NCBI GenBank assembly: GCA_002269645.1
Contig: NIVC01001624.1
Location: 22,141 to 86,140 of the forward strand
DNA: 64,000 bases
Reading direction: 5' to 3'
From: Macrostomum lignano
Lineage: Eukaryota
Shown here piece after piece: positions 24,016 through 35,212 of this stretch; the stretch's first letter is position 1; each line of letters starts with the position of its first letter. Below the pieces are notes generated by a model that was given only the letters and a program-made list of their open reading frames with translations, made no database searches and was not told the DNA's origin. Made by a program: the position numbers and the translations under genes.

Positions 24016-25494
24016 GTTGATCAGCATGCTAGAGCCAAACCACATTGTCTATTCATTGGCCAATACTGCAATATGAATCTGGATAATAATGACTATATGA
24101 TTGAACCAGACCTTAGGTTAGAAATTGGGACTACTACTCTAAAGCATTTTGTATAGATTTTGAGTTTTAGGAATTAGGACATTGAGACAGAAATTTTTTT
24201 GGTTTCTAAATATAGTCTAGGCTATACTTTGGAAAATATAGTTAGTGTATATCAAAATTTTCTAAGTGTATATTCTAAAACCTCAATGCAGTGTGCACAG
24301 CATGCAAATGGAGAAAATCTATAGTTGTCAGTGTCTACTATGCATGTCATGGCATGTTTGTATATGTTAGTACATGTTACGACATGTGCAGGCATACCTA
24401 TAAAAAATACAAAAATGTCTTATTGTGTTGCAATGGCTTAAACATTAGCATTGGCTAGATGAAATTTGGCCTTTTGATCTATTGTTATATGCTAGCATGA
24501 ACTTAGCATGGTCCCAACTATAGATTCTAGGATTATGCCATGATCCTAACTATGGACTAAATCACTTTCTAAATAATAAATTAACATAAAATATCCATTA
24601 GACTTTAGATCAAAATCCTTAGCTTAGTCTTAGTCTGCTTATATGCTGTGTTCTAATGTATCCCTTTTAATTATCATAAACTTATTATTATTATAACCGT
24701 AAAGTAAAAGAAATCTAGGTTTAACCTTGGTATACCTAGCCCTTGTAAGTAGTTTGTAAGTTCATAGAATTAACATAGGATATGCTTATCTGGCTAGTAT
24801 TTTAGATGAAGGCAAAAAGATCATAGATGTTTCTAGGATAGTCAGTTTCTCCTTTTGCTAAGAATGACCAAATTTATACTACATCTTATTGAATTAAAGG
24901 CAAAATTTGATTTGATGTTCAATGGTCTTCTTCTCTCCTATGCCATAAAAAGACAGATAAGAATGCAATTAGTTTGCAATAGGATTTGTCTTAGAAGAAC
25001 TCATGGCATCTATGATTTTTAGACCTAATAATAGCCTTTTTGATAGTATTTTCTAAAAGACCTATAATATTCTGATAGATAATCTAACATATATTCTAAT
25101 CAACCTAAACTCGATTTTTTTAGTTATCGTAAATAAGAAAAGACCCAATCTATTATGATTAAAGTATATTAAAGGATATAGTTTTAAAACTAGTAACTTA
25201 GCATATAATATAAATATAAGTTCAGTTACTCATAACACTATTTTGCTATAATCTCTATAGTCCATAGTATATAGATTGATACCAAATGGCAATTGTTTCA
25301 ATATTCAAATAAAACTTTACTGCCTTGTATCATCTTGCTATATTTGATTGCATTTCATATTTATAGACTTATCTATTACCATTTTATAATCTTCATATTC
25401 TATTGTGTATTTTCTACTTTTTTATTTGTCTAGTTCTACTGTTTTGCATTGAAAGTTTCAATCTGCCATTGCCTTCTTCTCCACTCATGCAGCC

Positions 25495-26091
25495 ATGGCG
25501 CACTCCAGCCAGCCCCGGAAGGGCATTCTCAAGCACCGCGCCAGCTTTGACTGCACAGGCGGCTCCAGCTTCCACCAGCCGCCAGACAGAGAGGCTGCCG
25601 CAGCGCAGCCAAGCTGCCCGACAGACGCCGAGGGCCGCAAGCTGTTCCAGTGGGACGAGATGAACATCCTGCGCACGTACCATCCGGTCGACAAAGACTA
25701 TGGCCACATGAAAATCGACGAGGCCCCGACGCCCTACGAAGCGTCCTCGGGGGCGTCGGGCAGCGATGCGGAGGCCGCGGAGGCGGAGCCGGGGCCCAGC
25801 AAGGACCAGCGGCGCCGGGCCAGCTTCAGCGACGCTGTGCAGCCGGACATGCTGGCCCAGCGGCTGGAGGAGACCGCCGCCGCCGACGAGCTTGAAGCCT
25901 GCGGCTCCTCCGACGTCAATCACGACGCCGACGCTGACGACTCGGAGCTGACGGAGGCGGAGCGGGAGCACCGCAGGCGCTTTGACGAGCTGCGCCGGCA
26001 GCACTACAACGAGTTCCAGGCGGTGCTGCTGGCCAGGGCGCGGGCCGCCGCCGAGGATGACGACGAGGAGGAGGACGAGGGCGAGAAGTAG
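25495..26091 (+). CDS. PPP1R2: Protein phosphatase 1 inhibitor 2 (IPP-2), single coding exon, 198 aa
   Basis: KGILK (SILK) motif, [30 protein letters not shown] (I-2 signature with the GSK3 Thr site), F..LRRQHYNE helix and acidic C-terminus. Confidence 0.95.
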   Translation: MAHSSQPRKGILKHRASFDCTGGSSFHQPPDREAAAAQPSCPTDAEGRKLFQWDEMNILRTYHPVDKDYGHMKIDEAPTPYEASSGASGSDAEAAEAEPGPSKDQRRRASFSDAVQPDMLAQRLEETAAADELEACGSSDVNHDADADDSELTEAEREHRRRFDELRRQHYNEFQAVLLARARAAAEDDDEEEDEGEK

Positions 26092-26118
26092 CGGCGTGGG
26101 ACCGGGCAGGCAGTGCAC

Positions 26119-26319
26119 GAGATGTTGAACCAGGGCCTGGAGTGTCAACTCCTCTGAGACCCTCCTGTTCATACATGATAAGGCCGAGATGTTGAACCAG
26201 GGCCTGGAGTGTCAACTCCTCTGAGACCCTCATGTTCATACATGATAAGGCCGAGATGTTGAACCAGGGCCTGGAGTGTCAACTCCTCTGAGACCCTCAT
26301 GTTCATACATGATAAGGCC
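26119..26319. repeat. 3 x 67-bp tandem repeat immediately 3' of the IPP-2 stop (probable 3' UTR)
   Basis: GAGATGTTGAACCAGGGCC... starts at 26119, 26186 and 26253. Confidence 0.92.
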
Positions 26320-26439
26320 GACCTCTGCATGATAACATTAGGAAAATTCTACTCTGTCTTGTCGTGTAGCTGTGGCCAGCCTCATCCTGTATGAAAATGA
26401 AGCTTAAGGGGGGGGGGGTCGGGCATTGCAATATTCTGG

Positions 26440-27320
26440 CCTAAGTTCTTCTTGGTGGAGGCGCGGGGTCCTTATCGGTTCGGGGGATCGGTGATAACGT
26501 GATAAGCTTTGGTGATAAGTGATTTGGTGATCGGTGATAAGCTTTGCCCTGCCGCGTTGGGATGCGAAAGAATTTCCTGGGAAAGAATTTGTTGGAATTA
26601 CGAGTATGTTGGCAATTTCTCACCGGGGGTCTCTAAATATATGGCTTGGCTGTCCGGTCACTTCACTAATTTACTTGTGCACTTTTAGGACCAGTTGTGA
26701 GTGGTGCAAAGTACGAGCGTATTTTTGGTTGCTTCATACTAAAGCCACTTAAAAATTTTGAATTTCCTCGGAGCCATCGACAGGTGTAGGCTTTCTCCAG
26801 CCGCAGGACTTGAAGGTAGTCAAATGGGAAGCCAGTTGATGGAAACTCCAAATGAAGCCCTTGAACTTCATCAACTCTGGCCTGTTGACATGGAAAGAAT
26901 GGCAAGAGATTTTTTGCATAAGCGTTCTTAAAACTGAATGAGAGAATGGGTGACTTGCAAATGGACTAGTCGTGGTACCTGCGATTTAGGCTACTGGTTT
27001 CTATTGCTAAGGATTTTACTAGTGGATTTACTTCCTACTGGTTTGAGACTTTTGGTAGTTCGCTGCCACCAGGTTCCTGCTGTTCCCTAATTCTAGCTTT
27101 AGGTTTAAAGAACTGAGTCAGGACACCGATAAATTTAGTTAACACAAGTTTAATAAAGAAGTAAATTAATTGTTACGGTACAAAGTATCGTTACATTAAC
27201 TCCCTATTTAAGTTTTCCCGTTATTGTGCGTTGGGCAAGACTCCCAGTTATAGATTTAGAGGCAAGACTCCTCTGTGCAAGCCTAAATTATATTCTGACA
27301 TTTTTTCCCCCTTCTTACCA
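26440..27320 (-). mobile_element. Degraded LTR-retrotransposon remnant: putative LTR ~27300-27072, PBS-like TGGTGGCAGCGA at 27071-27060, PPT-like AGAAGGGGGAAAAAA just upstream of the LTR
   Basis: Minus strand reads polypurine tract, then TGT..., a TATA-like TTAAATAG, ATTAAA, then TGG... complementary to a tRNA 3' end. No convincing gag/pol ORF remains. Confidence 0.45.
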
Positions 27321-28575
27321 CTTCCTTTCGTGAATTTTCTAAGTTAGATCGCAATGGATCGCAACGAGGATACTTTTCCGAGAGCCAAACTGCTCTGTAG
27401 TTCTAGAGAAACCCCAAAACTAGCGATTTACCCCCGCTCTAATTATTTCCCCGGGTTAAAACTACTGATAGTAGGCAAAAAGCATATTTGAACCCACAAT
27501 AATTCCCGTTCCTAAAATAATGCCCTACTACACAAAGTTAAAATGTGACTCGTGTCTCGACCCTATTGGCAGATAGATAAATTAATCTTAGCATATTCAA
27601 ATTATACTGCTGCCCTATGAGTAGTCACATGCCTGTTGAAAACGTTACCTTGACAAGCATTGCTAAAGGATCGTCTCAGGGGCGACTCTGACTTTTTTAA
27701 CGACTCAAACGACTGCAATGCGACGGAGAGGCGGCTGTTGAGTCGCGAGCGCATCGCCCGAGCTGCAGAATCGTAAAAGAGCCGCGAAAAAAGTTCGTCG
27801 TTTCAAAGTCGACCTGTGTTACCTGCCACCACTCTGGGGTGGCGCAAGTGACTAGGTCATTAACTAGCTGTTCAATCTAGTTAATGTATTATTCAGCCCA
27901 CGGGTCCGTGGAAGGAGGGTCTGGCTGCCCTGTGTGCCTGCTGTCTGCAATAATTTTAGCTTATATTTTAACATGCAGTTCATTTTCGCTCCAGCTGCTC
28001 CCCTTCATTATAGGCCAGCGCTTCTGTTAGTTGCTACCTGAAATCGGAGTTGTACTGCATTTTGGTTTTATTGCTCCATGTTTTCATTTTATCATTGCGT
28101 CATGCTACACTTTTCTGTTACATTTTGCAGCCTTCTTCGGCTATTATTTTACTGCGCTGAATATACTACTGTTTGCAAAGTAGACTATTAGTGGTGAGTA
28201 GTGTGTGCGTTTGTGCTGCTGGATTTAGTTTGCATGTTGTTTTATACCCGCCTAGTTGTGTTAGAGAGGCACAATTGCTGTGGTTATTTATACATGTCTC
28301 AGTTTGCCGCATAGAGCAAATATTTCACTTTATATTGATTTTGTCTGGCTGCTGTAAATACTTTTATAAGTTTATTATAACAATTTGGTATCCGCTTGCA
28401 TCTCCCAGCGATCGCTTTATCAACTCGCAGCTTACAAATGCACATCTTTATTTTAAAGATGCGGATCGTCTATTTATCCGCCGAAAAAATTGTTTTTCGT
28501 TGTAGAAATAATTATTGGAAGCTGTTTGAATTCGTGCCATTTTTTCACTTTATATTCTCCGATGCTATCTTTGAT

Positions 28576-29478
28576 GGTGGGACTTCAGTGCCGGCTGGTA
28601 CTCAGCCAGGTGGGACTTCAGTGCCGGCTGGTACTCAGCCAGGTGGGACTTCAGTGCCGGCTGGTACTCAGCCAGGTGGGACTTCAGTGCCGGCTGGTAC
28701 TCAGCCAGGTGGGACTTCAGTGCCGGCTGGTACTCAGCCAGGTGGGACTTCAGTGCCGGCTGGTACTCAGCCAGGTGGGACTTCAGTGCCGGCTGGTACT
28801 CAGCCAGGTGGGACTTCAGTGCCGGCTGGTACTCAGCCAGGTGGGACTTCAGTGCCGGCTGGTACTCAGCCAGGTGGGACTTCAGTGCCGGCTGGTACTC
28901 AGCCAGGTGGGACTTCAGTGCCGGCTGGTACTCAGCCAGGTGGGACTTCAGTGCCGGCTGGTACTCAGCCAGGTGGGACTTCAGTGCCGGCTGGTACTCA
29001 GCCAGGTGGGACTTCAGTGCCGGCTGGTACTCAGCCAGGTGGGACTTCAGTGCCGGCTGGTACTCAGCCAGGTGGGACTTCAGTGCCGGCTGGTACTCAG
29101 CCAGGTGGGACTTCAGTGCTGGCTGGTACTCAGCCAGGTGGGACTTCAGTGCCGGCTGGTACTCAGCCAGGTGGGACTTCAGTGCCGGCTGGTACTCAGC
29201 CAGGTGGGACTTCAGTGCTGGCTGGTACTCAGCCAGGTGGGACTTCAGTGCCGGCTGGTACTCAGCCAGGTGGGACTTCAGTGCCGGCTGGTACTCAGCC
29301 AGGTGGGACTTCAGTGCCGGCTGGTACTCAGCCAGGTGGGACTTCAGTGCTGGCTGGTACTCAGCCAGGTGGGACTTCAGTGCTGGCTGGTACTCAGCCA
29401 GGTGGGACTTCAGTGCCGGCTGGTACTCAGCCAGGTGGGACTTCAGTTCCGGCTGCATGGTACTCAGCCAGGTGGGAC
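28576..29478. repeat. 33-bp minisatellite (GGTGGGACTTCAGTGCCGGCTGGTACTCAGCCA)n, ~27 nearly identical copies
   Basis: Direct periodicity; the only recurrent variant is CCG->CTG. Confidence 0.97.
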
Positions 29479-30142
29479 TTGTGGCTTGGGTTCAAAAGTA
29501 AGAGAGTATGCAGGAAAGTACAGATGCGCATATTTATTTTTCATAAAGTTATTACAATACTAAAATAATGTTCTTTATAGGCAATAAAATTTTCATTCAA
29601 ATCGAGCTCACCAGTTTCATAGAAAAATTCAAATTAGAAAAATATTTCACTTTGCAGTAGATCTGTTGCCCGCGGTACAACATGTACATTAAAAGAGTAA
29701 GATGTTTCACAGTGCAGCCGCAACCATTGGTAACTACACATTGACTGCTCTCTTTCATATTCATGCCTATTTTCATGAAAATTTCAAGAATTTTTTGTAG
29801 CAGCAGAGCAAACTATGGAGTTGGCGTCTGGTTCTTGAGCAGTCTCTGCTTCGATTCCGTGGGGGATTTTAGACTTGGATGGGCAGAGATTGTAAATGCC
29901 TGTGGGTGCGAAAGTCCGGCCTGTTGTACACCCTGTGAGAGCACGTACGTCCGCATCCGGGTGCGTCAGTGGGAATTCTTCTGCCTTCAAGTCCCAATTG
30001 CATACAGCATTTTTATCTTACGAGGCTGCTCTGTGGCTGCGGCTGGATTAGAGGAAAAACAAAAGAGATCGACCCAGAAGGTGTTCATTTACAGTAAACA
30101 GTCTGGTCGCTTAAATAAGCGGTTGATGAATCAAATACAAGC

Positions 30143-32105
30143 TCACACGCAGGCGGATGCCGCCCCGATCAGCTGGATGCTGACCCGCCCGGCGGCCTGG
30201 CTGTTGCCCCCCGCCGAGCCCTGCACTGCGGTGGCGCCGACAGCCACGAAGCTGCCACCACCGCCGCCGCCTTCCATGCCGTTGCCGCTCGCACCGCCGC
30301 CCGAGTAGCCGCCGCCACCGCCGCCGCCTCCGGATGAGCCGCCTGACTTCTTGCCCCCTCCGCCGCCGCCTCCATAACCGCCGCTCCCGGCGTTGCCGGT
30401 CGACGTGCCGCCACCCCAGCCACCGATGCGGGAGACGCCGCCGTCGCCACTGGTGCCTCCGCTCTGAGACCCGCCGTTCGACAGCCAGCCGGCGCCACCG
30501 CCACCCGAGCCACCGCAGCAAGTCGCCGAAGCCGCCGGAGCGCCGCTCCCAGCCGTTCCGCCGCTGCCGCGGTAGTTGTCGGCCGACGCTGAGGCGCTGC
30601 CGTTCTGACCGACGGCGCCATCGACTCCCGCTGATGACTCAGCGGCTCCGCCGCCTCCGCCGGCCGCCAGCAGCAGTGACGTGGACTCGTAGACAAAACT
30701 CCCGCCGCCACCGCCGGCCCCATTATCGCTTGCAGTCGCGTCGCTGCCGGCTTCCCCGACGACCACCGTCAGCTGCGCGCCGCTGAGCACGAAGGTCGCC
30801 TCCTTGTGGGCGCCGTTACCGCCGGGGTTCGCGCCGGAGTTCGAGCCGCCGCGGGCGCCCCACGCTCGGATTCGGTAGCAGGCGCCGGGCACGGGTGGCG
30901 AGTAGCTCTGGGGAGACGAGCTGCCTGCGGCTGTCGGGGAGGCATTGCGAAATGAACGACTGCAATTCTCTGACAGCGCTGCAACAGCGGCTTGAACATT
31001 GTTCGGGGTTAAAAAGAGTAAACAAGCTGTGCTTACAAAGCGTCACTTCCGCGGTTGGCGTGATAGTTTGAAGTGTTGTTGTCGGAGTGGTAGTTGTCGG
31101 TGTTGTGGTAGTTGCTGTAGTTGTCGGTGTAGTTGTCGGTGTTGTTGTGGTAGTTGTCGGTGTTGTTGTGGCTGTCGGCGTTGTTGTGGTAGTTGTCGGT
31201 GTTGTTGTGGTAGTTGTCGGTGTTGTTGTGGTTGTCGGCGTTGTTGTGGTAGTTGTCGGTGTTGTTGTGGTAGTTCTCGGTGTTGTTGTGGTTGTCGGCG
31301 TTGTTGTGGTAGTTGTCGGTGTTGTTGTGGTAGTTGTCGGCGTTGTTGTGGTAGTTGTCGGTGTTGTTGTGGTTGTCGGCGTTGTGGTAGTTGTCGGTGT
31401 TGTTGTGGTAGTTGTCGGCGTTGTTGTGGTAGTTGTCGGTGTTGTTGTGGTTGTCGGCGTTTTTGTGGTAGTTGTCGGTGTTGTTGTGGTAGTTGTCGGC
31501 GTTGTTGTGGTAGTTGGTGTTGTTGTGATTGTCGGCGTTGTTGTGGTAGTTGTCGGTGTTGTTGTGGTTGTCGGCGTTGTTGTGGTAGTTGTCGGTGTTG
31601 TTGTGGTTGTCGGCGTTGTTGTGGTAGTTGTCGGTGTTGTTGTGGTTGTCGGCGTTGTTGTGGTTGTCGGCGTTGTTGTGATAGTCGTCGGTGTTCCAGC
31701 TGCGGTGGGATCGGTGTCGTTGGCACTGTCAGCCGCAGCCAGAGTGGTATCCGGGCAGCCGGGCCGATCCGCCGCCACCCAGGTGCTGCAGCCGCCGCCA
31801 CCAGATGCAGTCCAGAGGCTGCGCAGGTCGCAGGCGGTGCCCATTCGGCACACGGCGGCTCCGATGTCGAACTCGGCGACCGCGCAGGCGGCCTCGACGC
31901 CGCAGAGGAGGGCGCAGGCGGCCGCGCTGACGGCCTGCCTGGCCGGGAGGTGGACGGCCGAGGCGTTCGAGCAGCAGAGACCGCGGGCCGGCAGCAGCCG
32001 GAGCCGACTGGCAGCGCAGCTGGGCTGGGCCGATGAGGCCGAGAGGAGGCTGGGCTGCAGCAGCAGCAGCAGATGTAAAAGTGTGATGAAGCCGATGTTC
32101 AGCAT
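30143..32105 (-). CDS. Secreted protein A: signal peptide, PAN/Apple-like domain, Thr/Pro mucin stalk, ALK/LTK-type glycine-rich domain. Exons 32105-31037 and 30930-30143 (618 aa)
   Basis: MLNIGFITLLHLLLLLQPSLLSASSA leader; C-x3-C-x5-C-x11-C PAN-like core; ~210 aa of TTTP repeats. Donor T|GTAAGC and acceptor CCCCGACAG| are both phase 1. GRD motifs YRIRAWGARGG, LTVVVGEAG, GGGGGSFVY, LLLAAGGGGG, GGGGAGW, GGGGYSGG, GGGGGSF. The acceptor choice is inferred from alignment to paralogue B. Confidence 0.85.
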
Positions 32106-32489
32106 CTGGCTGGACCAGCAAATTTTCGGGCCAAAAACAGTACTTGGCCAAAATCTCGCTTTATAATAGAGATGAGCTGCCGGTGCGGCGCTGGCCAGTG
32201 GCAACTCACTGCTCTGAGGTTGGCTTTGTTTTGAATCTGAAATCCTACGTCGCTTCCGTGGCACCCAGCAGTTCTTCGGGTCCGTTTCAGAGCCAGGAAA
32301 TTGCCCACGTGTTTTAAAGCAGTTGGGTTTTAAAAGCAGAGGTTGTTGATTTTTGTGAAGCACCAATCAAAGCAACTCATGAAGCTCTTTGCACTGGGGG
32401 CAAGTTAACTGCTCTGTAGCAGAGCGGCAACATGTCGGACTCTGGGTTCGATTATGATCGTGTGAGTGCGTGCGTATCCGAGTTGCTCA

Positions 32490-32832
32490 GGGGTTGTAGC
32501 CTCATGGTTAGAGCGTCGGACTCAGGACTGAAAGGTCGGGGGTTCGATTCCTGACCCACCCGGAACAATTTGTGTCCTCGAGCAAGACACAATTAACTCT
32601 GCATTGCTTCAGTTCATCAAGCTGTAAAAGGGGTGCCCAGCTAGCGGAATGGGCGCCCGCGCCTTCCAGCTGTGTCCCCTCCGGGACAGCCCTGCAGTTA
32701 AGTCAAGGGGTGCCCAGCATTAGCTGGGGTAATTGAGGGAGGGTTTGTGGCGACCCCCAGCAATTGCTGCGGTGAGCTGTCGGTTGCACATCTGTCCATT
32801 GTGGCAGGTGAAATCAATTATTGCTATTCTTA
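32490..32832 (+). mobile_element. tRNA-derived SINE with a CORE(MIR)-like central domain
   Basis: A box TAGCCTCATGG, B box GGTTCGATTCC, then TGTGTCCTCGAGCAAGACAC..AACTCT..CTTCAGTTC..CTGTAAAAGGGG and a TTA-rich tail. A second copy lies at 48801-49093. Confidence 0.88.
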
Positions 32833-32882
32833 TCAGGGGTTGTCAGGACGGCTTGTCCTCTCGTTGACTGTTTCGTCTCGAT

Positions 32883-33136
32883 GGGTCGCTTTCCTTCCAC
32901 GATCCTTCACAAGACCGAAACTTCATAAGACCGAAATTTCACATCGTAGAAAACTTAATACAATAAGGAGCATACAGAATTTTCGGCGTTGTGAAATTTC
33001 GGTCTTATGAAGTTTCAGTCTTGTGAAAGGCCCTGCATTTTGAGTTTTCGGCGTTGTGAAATTTCGGTCTTATGAAGTTTCGGTCTTGTGAAGTATGGTG
33101 TTTCGGCGTTGTGAAATTTCGGTCTTATGAACCCCC
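32883..33136. mobile_element. 254-bp MULE-like MITE
   Basis: Exact 9-bp TSD CGTCTCGAT (32874-32882 and 33137-33145), GGGT...ACCC termini and inverted TTCATAAGACCGAAATTTCAC repeats. Confidence 0.85.
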
Positions 33137-33586
33137 CGTCTCGATTTGCGCCAGTGTCCGAAGCCCCCCCCCCCCCCTAGCAACTCTCGCCTTTGCGCCG
33201 TGATGATGTTAAGCGTCTAGGCAGGTACGCCTTGAGGCGAAGCATGAACGGGCAAACCGGTTCTCCTTATCACCAATTCATCTATTGAGTTGAGCACTTT
33301 CCCGAGGAAGGGGCTGAGCAAACCGCAGTTGGTTTGGTTGAGCAGCTCAGCCTGCCTGAGTTTGCTCGATGAAAAATTTATCCGGGAAACTCTGGAAGCG
33401 AGGAATTTTGCAAGTCAACAACTCACGGGGAGAAGGAGGCTTGAGAGCGGGGCTGCTGCTGCTGCTGGCCCTTCAAGCAGGACTGGAGACTACCATGTGG
33501 TCAGGTGATGCTGGTGACCTGTCAGTTACTCTTCATTTTTAAGAAAGGTGCCTGTAGCGAAATTAATTTTTTCCGGGTGTTGCGAT

Positions 33587-33625
33587 CATGGACAACTAGA
33601 GTATCTAGGACTCTAGTTGTCCATG
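33587..33625. mobile_element. 39-bp minimal hAT-like element (two 16-bp TIRs and a 7-nt spacer)
   Basis: CATGGACAACTAGAGT-ATCTAGG-ACTCTAGTTGTCCATG flanked by an exact 8-bp direct repeat GTTGCGAT. Confidence 0.8.
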
Positions 33626-34269
33626 GTTGCGATGCAATTTAGCGCACCTTCCTGGAGCCCCGGTCGCATGTTTTTATTATGACCAACACGCGTCGCGCCT
33701 TAGTTTGCTATAACTGCATGAATAATTCACTGAGAACTAATACATGAGCTGCTGGCAAAGGTAAAGCAAGGCCACTCCGTCCCTCTGGCACTGGCTACGA
33801 GTACTGTAGTGCGGAAACTTGACGAAATGACTGCCCTTTCAAGTCATGTGATTACAGAAAGAAACCTGCAGTGCATCTTTTAGAAGCAGAAATAATGCGA
33901 TGCAAAAATAGCTTCCAAACCGAAAGATTTATTGTTTCTATATTTAGATTTGCCAATGGGCAAAAAATCGAAATCAAGTAAAAAAAACGGTGATAAAACT
34001 TCGTGACAAAGCTTCTTTCCAGAGTTTCTCGCTAAATAGAGCTCCCTTTCATGATGCAGCAGTGAAAGATTTATTAAAAATGACTGGCTTAACACTCTCT
34101 ATTATCGCTAGCTGCGCTGTCCCCCTTGCAGACAGTCGTGAGTGCAACAATAGGCAGTGCTCAAATCCTGAGCTTTGCTACCCTGCAAGCTGGATTGCTC
34201 AATTATTGTTTTTTTCAGGCTTTCACTGCTTCTTTTGGGAAAAATGTCTGACATGTGCGTTTCTAGTCA

Positions 34270-34797
34270 CTAGATGGGTCACTAGATGGGTCACTAGATG
34301 GATCACTAGATGGATCACTAGAAGATGGGTTCACTAGATGGGTCACTAGAAGATGGGTTCACTAGATGGGTCACCGGATGATGGGTCACTGGATGGGTCA
34401 CTAGATAGGTCATTAGATGGGTCACTAGATAGGTCACTAGATTGGTCACTGGATGATGGGTCACTGGATGGGTCACTAGATAAGTCACTAGATGGGTCAC
34501 TAGAAGATGGGTCACTGGATGATGGGTCACTGGATGATGGGTCACTGGATAGGTCACTAGAAGATGGGTCACTAGATGATGGGTCACTGGATGATGGGTC
34601 ACTGGATGATGGGTCACTGGATAGGTCACTAGATGGGTCACTAGAAGATGGGTCACTAGATGATGGGTCACTGGATGATGGGTCACTGGATGATGGGTCA
34701 CTGGATGATGGGTCACTGGATAGGTCACTAGATGGGTCACTAGAAGATGGGTCACTAGATGATGGGTCACTGGATGATGGGTCACTAGATGGGGTCA
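34270..34797. repeat. Mixed 13-16 bp minisatellite (GATGGGTCACTAG / GATGATGGGTCACTG)
   Basis: Direct periodicity. Confidence 0.95.
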
Positions 34798-34990
34798 CTC
34801 GCGCTATCTACGTAATACAATAAATGATTCTTTTTTATCTAGTTTCTTGTGAAAAAGCAAATTTACACAAAAAACTCTAAACATACGCTCAATTCTGAAA
34901 GTAGTATTATTAGCTAAGGGAGTGACGAATGTAGCGTTTTCAAAGATCTGTTGTTTGCCTAAAAATAACGAAGATTCTGATCTCAGAACC

Positions 34991-35212
34991 ATTCTGATCC
35001 CAGACCGAGAGTCATTCTGATCCCAGACCGAGAGTCATTCTGATCCCAGACCGAGAGTCATTCTGATCCCAGACCGAGAGCCATTCTGATCCCAGACCGA
35101 GAGTCATTCTGATCCCAGACCGAGAGTCATTCTGATCCCAGACCGAGAGTCATTCTGATCCCAGACCGAGAGTCATTCTGATCCCAGACCGAGAGTCATT
35201 CTGATCCCAGAC
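34991..35212. repeat. 23-bp minisatellite (ATTCTGATCCCAGACCGAGAGTC)n
   Basis: About 9.5 copies. Confidence 0.95.

Noticed and set aside
13834-26172. Long antisense ORFs over KDM4 exon 1 (13834-14571) and IPP-2 (25414-26172)
   Set aside because: These are expected shadows of GC3-rich coding sequence with no independent motifs.
27678-27815. Small CAGG...CCTG element with imperfect inverted ends
   Set aside because: No TSD was found, so it is not supported as a transposon.
28396-29568. 390/357/297 aa ORFs (GGTSVPAGTQP repeats)
   Set aside because: They are read-through of a 33-bp minisatellite; the flanks are AT-rich and non-coding-like.
31087-32166. Poly-Val, poly-Cys and poly-Gln ORFs
   Set aside because: They are antisense or alternative-frame shadows of the Thr/Pro mucin repeat.
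30816-32366. 516-aa ORF taken as a single-exon gene
   Set aside because: The signal peptide starts at 32105, and a GT-AG intron (31036-30931) moves the frame into the glycine-rich domain.
32490-32562. tRNA gene (also 49020-49093)
   Set aside because: A and B boxes are present, but the sequence continues into a shared body and tail in both copies, so these are SINE heads.
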